Source of the DNA: Eledone cirrhosa
Taxonomy: Eukaryota
Length of the DNA stretch: 64,000 bases
Assembly (NCBI GenBank): GCA_964016885.1
Contig: OZ024746.1
Location: 40,858,001-40,922,000, forward strand
Reading direction: 5' to 3'
The notes under the pieces are model-generated. The model was not told where the DNA came from, did no database searches, and saw nothing but the letters and a program-made list of their open reading frames with translations. Every line of letters starts with the position of its first letter. Positions within the stretch are counted from its first letter, which is position 1. Both the position numbers and the translations under genes were made by a program. Shown here in pieces: positions 1 to 13,370 of this stretch.

Positions 1-689
1 CTCTGCCAATTCGCCGCCTATCTGTGCGTGAAATAAAATATAACAAAAACTTCAAGCAAACTGTCTGTCTTTAGTTGTCTTAGTCAACGCAACTACTTCA
101 CCATGCACACGGCATGGTTAAATGGTTAAGAAGTTCTCTTCATAGTTTGTTAGGTCCTGAGTTCGATTCCCAGGATTCTTGGCCAAGTGTCATTGCTTCG
201 GTTTGACCCATGCCTCGTGAGAGAAATATGGCAGACGGAAACTGTTTGAAAGCCCGTCAAATGATTTACTTGTGATTAAAAGAGTTAGCTTTATCACACA
301 CTATATCGCGCTGGATCTCCCTAAGAATTACGTTAAAGATATGTGGAATGCTCAGCCACTTAGAAAATTTCACGAGCAGGTTTTTTACGTTCATCGAACA
401 ACCAAAACACTCATCATCGAAACCGACAGAGGTCTATCATCTATTCCACCACATAAAGCATGTACCGTTGTCGATCCAGTATCTTACGCCTATTGTGCCA
501 GACAATTCGTGTCGTGTCCTACTTAAGGAAATTCTCCATCCCACTCCGTAAATCATAGAAAAAATTGGGTTCCTGCTTTTACAGAACATTAATAACATCC
601 GTTGAATTGACGGAAAAGATAATGTTTCGATATCTTTCAGATTGAATGGCTGAGTGAAGAAAATCGACTAAAATATGATACAATGTAAA

Positions 690-900
690 ATAAAGACAGA
701 TTTGTAAACTATTACAGCCCAAATTTAAAAACCAACCGGTATGAGACCCAGCAGTAAAGACCCCGAACAAGATGGCTGGATAACACCCATGAGCTCGGCT
801 GGTCTCGCTTGGGGGTCCAGCCGGAAATCCCCAAGCGAGACCAGCTGGAAGGAGTGTTTGAGGACTGTATCCCCTCGACAAGAAGAAGAAGAAGAAACAA
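690..900 (+). mobile_element. 3' end of an Expander/Rex3-like RTE LINE with (GAA)n tail
   Basis: Frame RPRTRWLDNTHELGWSRLGVQPE, then (gaa)n. A reverse-oriented relative lies at about 32795-32970. Confidence 0.7.
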
Positions 901-1700
901 CAACAAGAACAACAACATTAGAAAAGATAATAAAACTGAAATATTCCAGAGGGGCCGAAGATATTTTGGTGTAGCCATTGTCAAAGATCTACCAACTAAA
1001 AACAAAATATTTCCGTACCTGGAAACTACGTCAAGTTTCAACAGAAACTTTTAGCTGCTCTGTAAGTTGCCATTGTTTTTCACCTTTTTTCTTTTCTTTT
1101 TTATGCTTTCTTTTGCCTCTCATTGTCCTCTGTTTTCTCTTGTTTTATTTTTGTTTTTAACAGTAAGGAGTATTAGACACATTTCTTATTTAATCAAGGC
1201 CTACTAGATGTTTATATGGACCTTTAAATAAATGTACAGAAGCGTTAACTATTTTGTCATGACCTGAATTGGGCGTGACGAAAAGCCACGGGTAATTGTC
1301 TCTATCACTCATCTATGTCTGGGCTTAGATTTCAACTAGCATTGCGTGTTTGATTTTTGTTGCTGTTTTTTGTTGCTGTTGTTTTTTTTTGTTACTCACA
1401 TTATAAACATCTGGGACAGACGGAACGGTGAATGCAGGTACAATAGCTTCATCTCAGATAGTGTATCTTAATCTAATTATATTATTGTTATGACGCCACC
1501 ACTCATACAATTTCATAATGTATCACATGATATTATATCAGAGATGGCGGTGAATTGGCAGAGTCGCTAGAACGTCCAATAGAATGCTTTGTGGTATTCG
1601 CTCCAGAACTCTACACGTTTTAAGTTCAAACCCTACCGAGGTCACCATTGCCTTTCATCCTTCCCAGGTCGATAAATAAAGTACCAGTTAGTATTGAGAT

Positions 1701-1809
<109 letters not shown>

Positions 1810-2843
1810 TGTTTAGACCTGGAGATGGATGAGCTCTGCCAGGTTTATTAAACACCCATAACGGCGATCCTACGACTCAATCAGGCCCAACACCCGCCAG
1901 GGGGTAATAGTGCCCACTTTGAGAACTTCTGGTGTAGAGTAATGCAGTGAGATTGTATATTACTTGTGTGTGATATGAATAACAAACTAAAGCTAAAATA
2001 ATGTGATAATTGGTTGGAAGTCATTAACTTCTCTTACACACAATGTCTTCATATCCTAGCAGAGAAAACTGGCTTTTGCACTATTTAGCCAAACCGAGCT
2101 TAAAATAAACATGGTGAAATAGTGTGGTTTAGCGGTTAGGATGTTGGGCCCTCTATTTTAAGGTTGTGAGTTCGACTCCTGGACCAAACAACACATTGTT
2201 TCACGTTTTTTATGGTAGGATTTGAGAAACTTCGTAGAAAGCCAGTTAAAACTCACATAAATGAAAGCTGTAACATGAAGAAAACAGCAAATTGTTACGC
2301 AAGTGAATCCAAAGACGTAGTTTTCGGTGGCGCGAATACCATTTATAATAATAATAATGTTGTGTGAGGTTGTGACCCTTAAGCAGAGGGTGCAGTGAAA
2401 TTGAATGTCAGCTTGATGACAGATTATTATAGATGTTATGATAAGACATAGGGGTTCTGTTTAAAAAGCAAAACTTTGTTAAGTCCTGAAGTAGGGTGAG
2501 GGAAGAGTGAGAGACGCTTCTTTCATATGTAAATAACATTGAGTCTGTCCACCAACACCCTGCACCATACCTTCTGAAGTATAAACAACAGCAGGCAAGA
2601 CAACACTTCCCTGACCCCCAGCCTCATCATCATATATATACATATAAATACACACAACACATGCGTCACCATACGGAGAACATTCAACAGAGAAAGAAAG
2701 AGAGGAGGAGAAAGAGAAAAGATACACACAAAAATGACAAGAGAAATGAAACAAACATAATAAAAGTGTGAGTAAAGTTTACAAAGCAGTCCCCACCAAC
2801 CCCCGAATCTTCGTGTTACCACTTCTACCTAATTCGTCCAGTG

Positions 2844-2913
<70 letters not shown>

Positions 2914-2941
2914 CGAATGTAGAAAAGTAACAAACGAATTG

Positions 2942-3325
2942 ATATATATAAAAACAAATAGTAGAAAGGAAAAAGATTCTTTCAGTAGAAAATGTTGAAG
3001 AGATTTTTTTCAGTGAGTTATGAAAACATTAATTTATTAACAATACCAGTTTCAGCATTAAATGCATTGTCAATTGCGGATATGCAGAATATTGTTAAGT
3101 TGCATATTTGTACAAATAGTAATAATAATAATAATAATTTTAAAAAAATCTCAAAGAGTTTCCAAGGATGGTTAAAGAAAATTAGTCCAGCCCCGCTTTT
3201 TGGAACACTTCAAAAGGCATGCTTGCTGGGACCAGCAAGAACCCTCCGATACGTCCTGAATATCTGAGGCTGCAGGTAGTGGCTTGATATTCATTTCAAC
3301 AAACCGCGACTCAAAGAACAACAAC

Positions 3326-3378
<53 letters not shown>

Positions 3379-3761
3379 AGAAAGTGAAAATGAAAAGGGA
3401 AGAAAAATTAATTTTCACATACATGTTCAGTCAGAGAAGAGAGTTCATTTCTCTGTCCATCCTACTCTACTCAAGCTATAAGCAGAGTAGCATGGACAGA
3501 GAAATGAACTCTATTTTCTGAATGAACATGTATGTGAAAATTTATTTTTCTTCCCCTTTTTATTTTTTCATTTTCTTCATTATTATTATTATCACTATTT
3601 GTACAAATATGCAACTTAACAATATTCTGCATATCCGCAATTGACAATGCATATAATGCTGAAACCGGTATTGTAAATAAATTAATGTTTTCATATATCT
3701 CACTGAAAAAAATCTCTTCAACATTTTCTACTGAAAGAATATTTTTCCTTTCTACTATTTG

Positions 3762-3775
<14 letters not shown>
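2942..3775. repeat. Large imperfect inverted repeat (palindrome centred near 3478) between (TA)n tracts
   Basis: 2942-3135 pairs with 3579-3775 and 3376-3470 pairs with 3484-3580. The left arm is interrupted by the R4/Dong fragment. Confidence 0.9.
3136..3375 (+). mobile_element. 3' end of a restriction-like-endonuclease non-LTR element (R4/Dong-like) in (AAT)n
   Basis: C-terminal motif LQKACLLGPARTLRYVLNI*, short 3' UTR, (AAC)(AAT)n tail, with (AAT)n also at the 5' flank. Confidence 0.75.
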
Positions 3776-3820
<45 letters not shown>

Positions 3821-4410
3821 AAAACAATAAAAGACTTAAAATTTAATTCTCAAAAAGGAAAAAAAAAACGATAAAAATAAAATTAATCACAGACAGTAGA
3901 TATTGTATTAAGTACAGTTAATAGAATGGCGTTAATTTCAAAACAAAGGTAGATTTTTCCTTCTCAGACTTATAAAAAGATGTGGCACGTATTTTCGGAG
4001 TTGTACTTGTCTGGTAAGTGACTCGAGCTGAGGATTTATGTAGAAACTAAAGTAATTACATCGTAGAAGAGTCATGCAAAAACCGTTAAATTCACTTTAC
4101 ATTTGTCACTTAATTTATTGGTGTATCACAATAGATACATTGATCAATGGAAAACTGGTATTCCGATACCGGGGAAACAGTCTGATGATGTCTAATAATA
4201 AACAAAAGACAATATAAAGGGAATTTCTTGATGTCCAAATTTTCGGTGCACTCTTTGCGACATGGTCATTGACAGTTCTATTGCAGTGGAACTATGTAGA
4301 AATAAGGGATAAATGTAAAGTTAAGTTGACAGCTTTTATGGATTTTTGAATGTCTAATATGACACTTCTACGGTGTAGTTGTTTCAGGTCTTTATTTAAA
4401 AGGAATTAGT

Positions 4411-4590
4411 GAAACGAGACAGCAATCCAATAAGACGAGACTGCAATTTCATGAATGTGGTGCAATAAGACAAGACTGTAATCCAGTGAGACGAGACTAC
4501 AATCCTGTAAGACGAGACTATAATTCCACGATCAAGAATGTGATGCAATAAGACAAGACTGCAATCCAATGAGACGAGACTATGATCCAG
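4411..4590. repeat. Degenerate ~21-bp minisatellite (aagacgagactgcaatccaat)
   Basis: About 7-8 recurrences of agacRagact. Confidence 0.8.
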
Positions 4591-5060
4591 ATTATATTCC
4601 TAGTCAAAGACATTTCACTTTACTTCACTTAAGTCAGTGAAAATCTTCTGAAAATTGTGAACGTCAAAACTTCTTTCTTTTTCTTTTCTACTTCTTTTCA
4701 TAACAATTTAAGACCCTTCTGGCATGATAAAATACCTCTTTTTATTATCAAGTTCAAGTTCAGCGTGTTAAAATTGATAAGCTTACGTTACACTATATTT
4801 ACAAAAACATTCAACGTATTTCTAACGGAGTTTCCAAAACAAGCAGTCAGTGTTGTTATATACAACACAGCAGTTCCTAAGGAAAGATTTCTAAAGTTGA
4901 GGAATAGTATCAGGCTGAGAAAGGTTTTCCACTATGACTTCAACATTGTTTTTGTTGTTCAATATTTATGTTTATCTTATTGACTTGGCTTAGTTTCTAA
5001 GTGTCATCTCCTTTATGCTACTTTTTTACACACATATATAAAGTAACAATTTATAATAGA

Positions 5061-5133
<73 letters not shown>

Positions 5134-5453
5134 ATCAAAAGATGGTTAAAAGAGTTCCAAGTATTTTATTATGCGCATTTCAAAAACAAATATCATCATG
5201 AGATGATATCTGCGTTTTCATCAGATAAAATAGGGATACGTGATATGAAGGTTAAAAAACACTTGTGAATAGTGAAGTTTTAAATCAACATATCATGATG
5301 ATATTTGTTTGTGAAATGCGCATAATAAAATACTTGGAACTCTTTTAACCATCTTTTGATCTTATATTATTTATACTCCAGTCCTACAAACTGTACAGTG
5401 CTACTTATCCGATATTTGCATTGCTTTATTGTACTACAATAAAACTCACCTCC

Positions 5454-5500
<47 letters not shown>

Positions 5501-5772
5501 GATGATTACAAACGAATGAAACAATTCTAGTCCTGTAGAAGTTATTGTCATACGAAATAATCAAGTACCTTTTTTTCCTTAATGTATTGAGTACCTTATT
5601 TAACTACGGTCTTTCCCGTTCTCCTTCAGAAAACCATTCTTAAGCACACACACACACATTCATTTTATTAAGGTTAAACAGTGAGTCTTGTTTATTCTGG
5701 AGTTTCACCTGAATATTTAAACTCAACTTCGGTACACTGAGTACTCTTTCCTCTCGGTTGTCAACTACATAC

Positions 5773-5813
<41 letters not shown>

Positions 5814-6693
5814 CAAGAGTAATAAGATGAGAGATCAAAATTGGTTGAGATATGTCCAGGCAATTTGGAGGTCAGTTTTTCTACAATCCGCAAAAATAGA
5901 ACGAACCGATTCATCCAAGGTGTAATCCATTGAGTAAATTATATTAGAATATGCGTTTAAAACATTCAAATATTAACTGAATGAGTACTCAATAGTTATG
6001 GATAGAGTGTAGAAATTTAGTTTCTAAGTAGAAAAGTGCCAGTGACTCGGAAATGTCATCTTCCATGCCAACACAGGTTAAATATGGATTCTTCACATAG
6101 AGATAAGAGGTAATGATTGTATGTAGTTTCTCTCTCTCCTTCAAAGAGTTTGGTTATTAAAAAAATGTAAATGATGTAATATGGCTAGAAATGACTACAA
6201 TGGGAGATTGGAAACCAAGTCGCCGTCTCTGCTCGTAATAAAATGACATCTCAATGGCGTCCACCTTATTAGAAAATAAATACTGCGATAACTAAGCTAT
6301 CATACGTACAATAAACACACAGTGGTGTGTTTATTTATAGATGAGCGTTCGTCTGTGTTTGTACATAAGATCCTCTTAAAGGTGTAAGATCCAGCGAGAA
6401 ATATTACATCAAATCTCCTGTTCAATTAGAGAGACAGGGAGAGGGGAAGTCTAGAGAAATATTACATCCAATCTCCTGTTCAATTAGAGAGAGACACACA
6501 GAAAGAGGAGAGGAAAAGGGAGTGAGAGGGATCCAGTGAAATGTTCAATTACACAGAGAAGAGAGAGTGTGTGGGAAAGAGAATGGAAATAAGAGTGTGA
6601 ACTTTTTCTTTCTCTAAGGGTTTTCATCCTATTTTATGAGCTATTTTATAGCATTTCCGCACATGAGCACACCACTCTTTATATACATACATA

Positions 6694-6762
6694 CACGGTG
6701 TCTCTCCAAAATGTATACATATATTTATTATTGAAGTGTATATGCATTTTGGGGGACACCAT

Positions 6763-6763
<1 letters not shown>
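6694..6763. mobile_element. Tiny Tc1/mariner-type MITE
   Basis: TA-cacggtgtctctccaaaatgtataca ... tgtatatgcattttgggggacacc-ata; the element is almost entirely TIR. Confidence 0.6.
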
Positions 6764-6825
<62 letters not shown>

Positions 6826-7189
6826 CACACAGACACATGCGGGTATACACACACAGACACATGCGGAAATAAATCCTTAAATAAAAACCAAACATTTGTT
6901 ATCCAACTTAATGTTGAGGCGATAGTATCGGATAATGAATTGCCTGGTTAGTTGTTTAACCAAATATACATATATAAAAGGTTCCTTTCCTAATTGCATG
7001 TATACGGGTATGTATTGAATTGCTTATATATGTGTACACATTTTCTGTGTTGACCGGTATGATAATTGTACAGTGTGTGAATCTTCGAATTGGCCCGAAC
7101 CCCGGGATGAAATTACTGGTCACTCTGAGGCACAGAACCTTCCAATTCATTCAATAAATTCTTACTGACTCTTCCATTATATTTAATAT

Positions 7190-7520
7190 AATTGTTTCTA
7201 CTTTTTTGGCACAAGGCCAGCAATTACCCAGTGCATTACTGGTACTTTATTTTATCGACCCCGTAAGGATGAAAGGCAAAGTGAACCTCGGCGGGATTTG
7301 AACTCAGACCGTAAAGGGACGTAACTATGCTGGAAAGCATGGCGTCCGACTCTCTACCGATACTGCCAATCCACCATTATGTTACGGCCCTTGCCATTCT
7401 GAGTTCAAATCCCGTCGAGGTTAACTTTGCCTTTCATCCTAACGGAGATCGATAAAATAAAGTATCAGTAATACACTGGAATAATTGCTGGCCTTGTGCC
7501 TATTGTAGAAACAATTATAT
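7190..7520. mobile_element. Two head-to-head tRNA-derived SINEs (family with the gcctttcatcctt..ggtcgataaaataaagtaccag core)
   Basis: B-box gagttcaaatccc, conserved core, 3' aattgctggccttgtgcc..gtagaaacaatt. Confidence 0.85.
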
Positions 7521-8235
7521 TTAATTGAATTAGCAGTATCGGTAGAGGATATATACACACACACAACCCTATGAGTACATGCATGCCCATACTCCTATGC
7601 ACTTTATTCACAAACATACATAGAGAGTGTGAGTGAGAGATCCACACACAAACGCACATCTTTGGGAAATATATTCTTCAAATAACTTTTCCTTATTCCA
7701 GTGACATTCGCAAACCAAGAATTGACGACAGAATATTTTGTAGGGATAATGATAATGTTAGTAATAAATGTGTTATTTGTATTAGTGTGTAAGGGAGATT
7801 TTGTGTGTGTGTGTGTGTGTGTGTGTGCAAGTTGGCGCGCATCATTATGTATGTTGTGACGCTGACACAGACACCATCTATATCACCCCCTACTACAATA
7901 AATCCAGAGGAAAAAGTTAAGTGAATAATATTGATTTGATGCTCTGCCTGTCTCTCTCCATCATGACAAACAGACAGCTGGTTGGAGTTAGCTGACAGAC
8001 TGACAGACAAGCAGACATATACACACACACACACACACATATATACGCGCACGCAGTAACATATATCGAGAAGTGGTGGTGGTGGTGGTCTGGGAGATCC
8101 CAGCGTCACATTAACTACGCTTAGATATTCAATCGAATCCCGAGAATGTCAACAAGGAATTAGCAATAGTCAACATGGCTCACGCAACGGGATCAGATTT
8201 CTAAATATATATATATATATATATATATAAATGAG

Positions 8236-8274
<39 letters not shown>

Positions 8275-8450
8275 TTTTAATATAGATGAGATTCTACAGG
8301 AACTGTTTCATTCTTTAGAAATCATCAGAATGAAACAGTTCTAGTCCTGTAGAATCTCATCTATATTAAAACTTTTATACTCTGCAATGTATTGAGTACC
8401 TTACTTACTGTGGTTACCTCCGATTCAACCCGGAATAACGTATATATATA

Positions 8451-8524
<74 letters not shown>

Positions 8525-9654
8525 AGATGTGTGTGTGTTCAATAAAAGTTGTTTTGGCAAAAAAAAAAAAAAAAAAAAAACAGGATTAAGCAGGTAGTGT
8601 GTAGTTACGATGGAGATTCAATATAATAACATTTTAAAAGATGCTGATATTACATAAATCGTTTATTCATTATGAAATAAATTATAATGAATAAACGATT
8701 TATGTGATATCAGCATCTTCTTTAATGGTATTCTTATATATATACAGAGACAGAGAGAGATACCGAGTAATATCGCGGTGGGGGTAACCAGTTAAAAAAG
8801 GTACTCAATACATTAGTAGTGTATATATATACACTTTCCAATAAGTATAGATAAACTTATTTATAATGTATATATATATATATTATAAAGAAGTTTATCT
8901 ATACTTATTGGAAAGTGTTTAATTATAGAGAGACATTTAGTGTTTATGACATAGATTTCCGGTTCAATCCAGTGCTAAACACTGGCAGTGAATGGAGGGA
9001 GAGGAAGGATTAATCATTGCTCAGTCATGATGATGATGATGATTGTTATTTAAACCAAAGTCTTGCTCGAGCAGAACTATGATGAAAAGCATTCCTGTCG
9101 TAGCCACACCGTATTTTCATTTTTAGGAATATACCTAGAACTATATCATCCAATGCATCGTTTCCTTATTTAAAACGGTAGGGTGTGATTTAAGGGAGAT
9201 TTAGTTGCTATTTCTAGCAGGTCGAGCGACCGTGTAGGGGCTCCCTATTTGGCATGGTGATGATGGCGACGACCATGTCAACGGAATTTAAAATGGTTGT
9301 TGTGAGCACACGTCTTTTACAATAACTTACAATCGGGCCTCACAGGCATGGAATAAATGGCAAGTTGTAGCGTTCAAGTGTTTCCTATTAGGGTAGAGAT
9401 GAGGTGGAATGGGATGGGACATTATTGATGAAAGTGATAACATTCTAACTAGGAATCGAAACCGGGTTAGAGAAATATATCCACCGGTAACTTGCTACTG
9501 TAATATCAATGATGCATACTAAAAGTATACAATAACAACTATAACTTTTTATAGCCACAGAGACTGGAATTTTCAAAGGAAAACGAAATGGGAATTCACA
9601 TTTATGCCTTTACCAGCTATATAAACAAAATCCGTGACGAAAAACAATAATAAC

Positions 9655-10455
9655 TGAGGTTGACTTAGCCTTTCATCCTTACGAGGTCGATAAAATAAAG
9701 TACCAGTAATGCACTGAGTAATTGCTGGCCTTGTGCCTAAAGTAGAAGCAATTACTTTATAGAAAATAAAAATTTCTTAGTAATAATAATAATTGTTTTT
9801 ACTTTTTGCACAAGGCCAGCAATTATCCCAGTGCATTACTGGTACTTTATTTTATCGACCCCGTAAGGATGAAAGGTAAAGTAAACCTCGGCGGGATTTG
9901 AACTCAGATAATAATAATAATAATTGTTTCTACTTTAGGCACAAGGCCAGCAATTACCCAGTTCATTACTGGTACTTTAATAATAATAATAATAATAATA
10001 ATAATTGTTTTTACTTTTTGCACAAGACCAACAATTATTCCAGTGTATTACTGGTACTTTATTTTATCGACCCCGTAAGGATGAAAGGCCAAGTTAACCT
10101 CGGCGGGATTTATAATAATAATAATAATAAATGATTTCTAACGAATTTAAAGGAAGAGAATAACTTGAATAAATCGATGTTAGTGCTTCACTAGTAGTTT
10201 ATGCCCGAGGTAAAAAGGTAAAGTTGACTTCAGCGGGATTTGAACACAGATCGTAAAGAGCAGAAAAAAATCATTAATAAATAAAAAAAATTAAAATAAT
10301 GGTTTCTAATTTAGGTACAAGGCCAGAAATTGGCGGGGGGGGGGGCATCGATTAAATCGACCTCAGTGCATTACTGGTACTTTATTTTATCGACCCCATA
10401 AGGATGAAAAGCAAAGCTAACATCGGCGAGATTTGAACACAGACGGTAAAGGGGA
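9655..10455. mobile_element. Cluster of at least 5 fragments of the same tRNA-SINE family separated by (AAT)n
   Basis: Repeated gcacaaggccagcaatt / ctggtactttattttatcgaccccgtaaggatgaaagg. Confidence 0.85.
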
Positions 10456-10512
10456 GCAAATAAACATATAAATAAATAATAATGGTTATAATAATTACAA
10501 CTGTAAACTTAC

Positions 10513-10619
10513 CACATTCATGTATCCATTCTGATAGCTGGGAGGGAATTGTTTCACCTTAGTTTGTGCCATTGTCGCCGATTTTGAATTGTCACAATAT
10601 ACTGAGGTCATGATGGCAC
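10513..10619 (-). CDS. Candidate coding exon of an unidentified minus-strand gene ((G)AIMTSVYCDNSKSATMAQTKVKQFPPSYQNGYMNV)
   Basis: Perfect |gtaagt donor in phase 0; two in-frame ATGs in good context (10611, 10572); non-repetitive sequence; no recognisable homology. Confidence 0.35.
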
Positions 10620-13327
10620 CTTGAAATGTAGTCCTGGTTGCTTAGTAAACAGATTTCCCTCCTTAAAACACAAGTTAGTAAATTCCGTACAAAGAATAAT
10701 AATAATAAAAACTCTTTAAAGTTTACTACTCTAAACACTAAAAGAAGAAGAAGAAAAGTTGCAGAATAGAGTTCTAACTATAAATCCTAGTTATTTTGTG
10801 GGGGGTGCAGAATAAATTAATATGACCCTTTCTTCTACTAGTTATATAGTAAAATCCCTTCGACCCTCATGTTTACTGGGCGAGATGTTAGCAGCCAGAC
10901 GACTGCAAATAGACAAAGGAAGGGAATAACAAAAGAAACTCTCGAAGAATTAGCAGAAGTGTGTCACGTGGTTAGAACGGTATTTTTACTTCAGCAGCCC
11001 TCGTTGTTTATTTCCAGATTATTATTATCATTATTACTTTTTTTAATGGGTGGGGAAAAAAAAGTATTTCTGCAACTTAAAAGTAACGTGTCGGTGTTAA
11101 AATAAAAAGTAGATACATGCTACAAATATATATTATTGTCAATATGTATATTTATATATATATATATATATATTTAAAAGGATGAAGAGGAAATGGTAGG
11201 GGGGATCTAGGAAATAATTCGAACGCATGGAACAGAAAATCAGATGCCAGGAGGAGGAATGTAGTCTTAGTTGTTTAGTAAACAGAAGCGTTCCTTATTT
11301 TCCATTCGACACATGAGTTGGTAATTCCGTACAAATTATAGGAATTGTAAAGTTGTGCGTGTGTATATATATATAAGGTATATATATATATATATAAGGT
11401 TTTGTATATATCAAAATTTGTTATATATACATATTTCAAGAGTTCTTTGCTGTGTATCAGACAGTAGTAGGGTTTGCCTATCTATTTCTATGTGAACCAC
11501 AGAGATAGTGTTGATAAAATTTAGATTGCTTCTGAAACACTTAGCGTGGAGTTTTGAAGAGAAAGAGAGAGAAAAAAAAATACATGACCATGAGTAGTAA
11601 TGATTTTGTAAGAGAATAAAAGAAAAAATATTTAATAAAGGAAAATATGTATTACTTTAAAAATGCGATTGGTGTTACAGACAAAATCAAATAAAAATAA
11701 AAAATACTATGAATTCCTTTTTTCTATGATGTGGTAGTTTATTTTATCTCTAGTATATTTTATTCCTGACATTTTTTTTTTCATTTGGTTTGGTCACTTT
11801 TACTTGCACTTATTAATCTTAAATAATTATTTATTTAATTTTTGTTGTACATTTTTGTTGATAAAATCAAATCCATTTTTTTTTTTCAAAAATGGCAGTT
11901 TCCCCGCTACATAAAAACAGTTAGGAAATAGTAATACTTTTTTTATATTTCTTAAATAAGAATTCTTTTAGCATAATTTTAATTTTTATCAGATCTCTCA
12001 CGTTGTCGGCAACTTATCTGACTCCACCTTCCTCCAGTAAAATACGTTTGTTTACTTTCGCGCTAAGTAAGGTAGGAAGTTCCTTTTCTAAACATATTCG
12101 TGAAAGTAAACAGCACTCAGTTCCACTCACACGTTGTCGTCGCATCTCATTTTCTACCGAGACAGTTAACCGACCTCTTCAACCAGATTTAAACCTCTTA
12201 AATATATACTTATTCGTGTGAGTGTGTGTGTAGCTCTTAAGTATATCCATATTCATATGTGTATGTATCTTAAGTATATTCTTATTCATGTGTGAGTGTA
12301 TCTCTTAAGTATAGTCTTATTGTGTCTGTGTTATGTGTGTGTTCACCTTAATGCGAGTCCGTTTGCATGAGTGTACATGAATATTTCACATCCAGTTAGT
12401 TTTACTTCCAATATATTTGTGTGTATTTGTTTGTTGGATAATTTCCAAGTTGTTAGTTGTTATTTATTTATTTTTTAATTTAATTTAATCGAAATATTTT
12501 ACACAGATGAGTGGATAAAGTAAAATAATTGTTTATTTTTGGATTTCTCAACTAAACTATTTTGGGATAACCACATAGCAATCTTTCGCCGAAATTATGG
12601 CAACCTTCTTCGCTTCGTCTTATTAAATAACTGCTAATGGAAACCCAGTTTCTTGTCATTACATCTTCAGATCCATACGGAAGGCATAGCAGTAGGGATG
12701 AGAGAGAAATAGAGATACAAATCAGAATAAGAAAAGAGAAAGTTGGATAAGTTATGAAGAGAAAGAAAAACAAGGAGGAAAGTGAAGAGATGAAACAGAG
12801 AAAGAAGAGAGGGGAGATAGAGAAAGAAGAGAGGGGGAGTTAGAGAAAGAAGGGGGAGATAGAAAAAAGGAGATGGAGAAAGAAAGGAGCGGCAGACAGA
12901 GAAATACGGAAGGGGAGATAGAGAAAGGAAAAGACAACATTTAAGAGGGGGAGAAAAGAGATATAATAATAGAGAGAAAGAAAGTGATATAAAATGAGAT
13001 AAAGAGAAGACGGCAGAATATATGAGGGCAGTGAAAGAGAAAGGAGAGGTATTCTTGCACTGTTTTCAATCATGAGACTGCGGCCATGCTGGAACATGGC
13101 ATATCTGTGTGTGTGTGTGTGTGTGTGTATGTGTGTTTATTAAGGCCAAGTTTGAGTTTTGTTACTCACAGGTTGGTCAGACAAAATTGTGACTACCCAC
13201 ACAGGAGAAACTCCAGAGTATCAAGACTCAAGCTTGGCCTAAATAAAGAATATATTAATCTCTACAGTATATTGAGTACTCATTCTCACGACCGTCATTA
13301 CTAAGCGTTTTTATGTGTGTACGTATG

Positions 13328-13370
<43 letters not shown>

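Noticed and set aside
110-330. tRNA-like A/B boxes (also at 2120, 28450, 48815, 53524)
   Set aside because: No cloverleaf; they continue into SINE bodies, so they are SINE heads rather than tRNA genes.
1390-1445. Minus-strand exon candidate DEAIVPAFTVPSVPDVYN|gtgagt
   Set aside because: Good donor, but an in-frame TGA lies immediately upstream and only a poor GAG acceptor is available.
2358-2845. Possible solo LTR
   Set aside because: It has AATAAA and an LTR-like composition but no clear TG..CA ends or TSD.
12003-12690. Non-repetitive, promoter-like stretch with short ORFs
   Set aside because: No splice-supported ORF, recognisable RNA family or specific motif I can defend.
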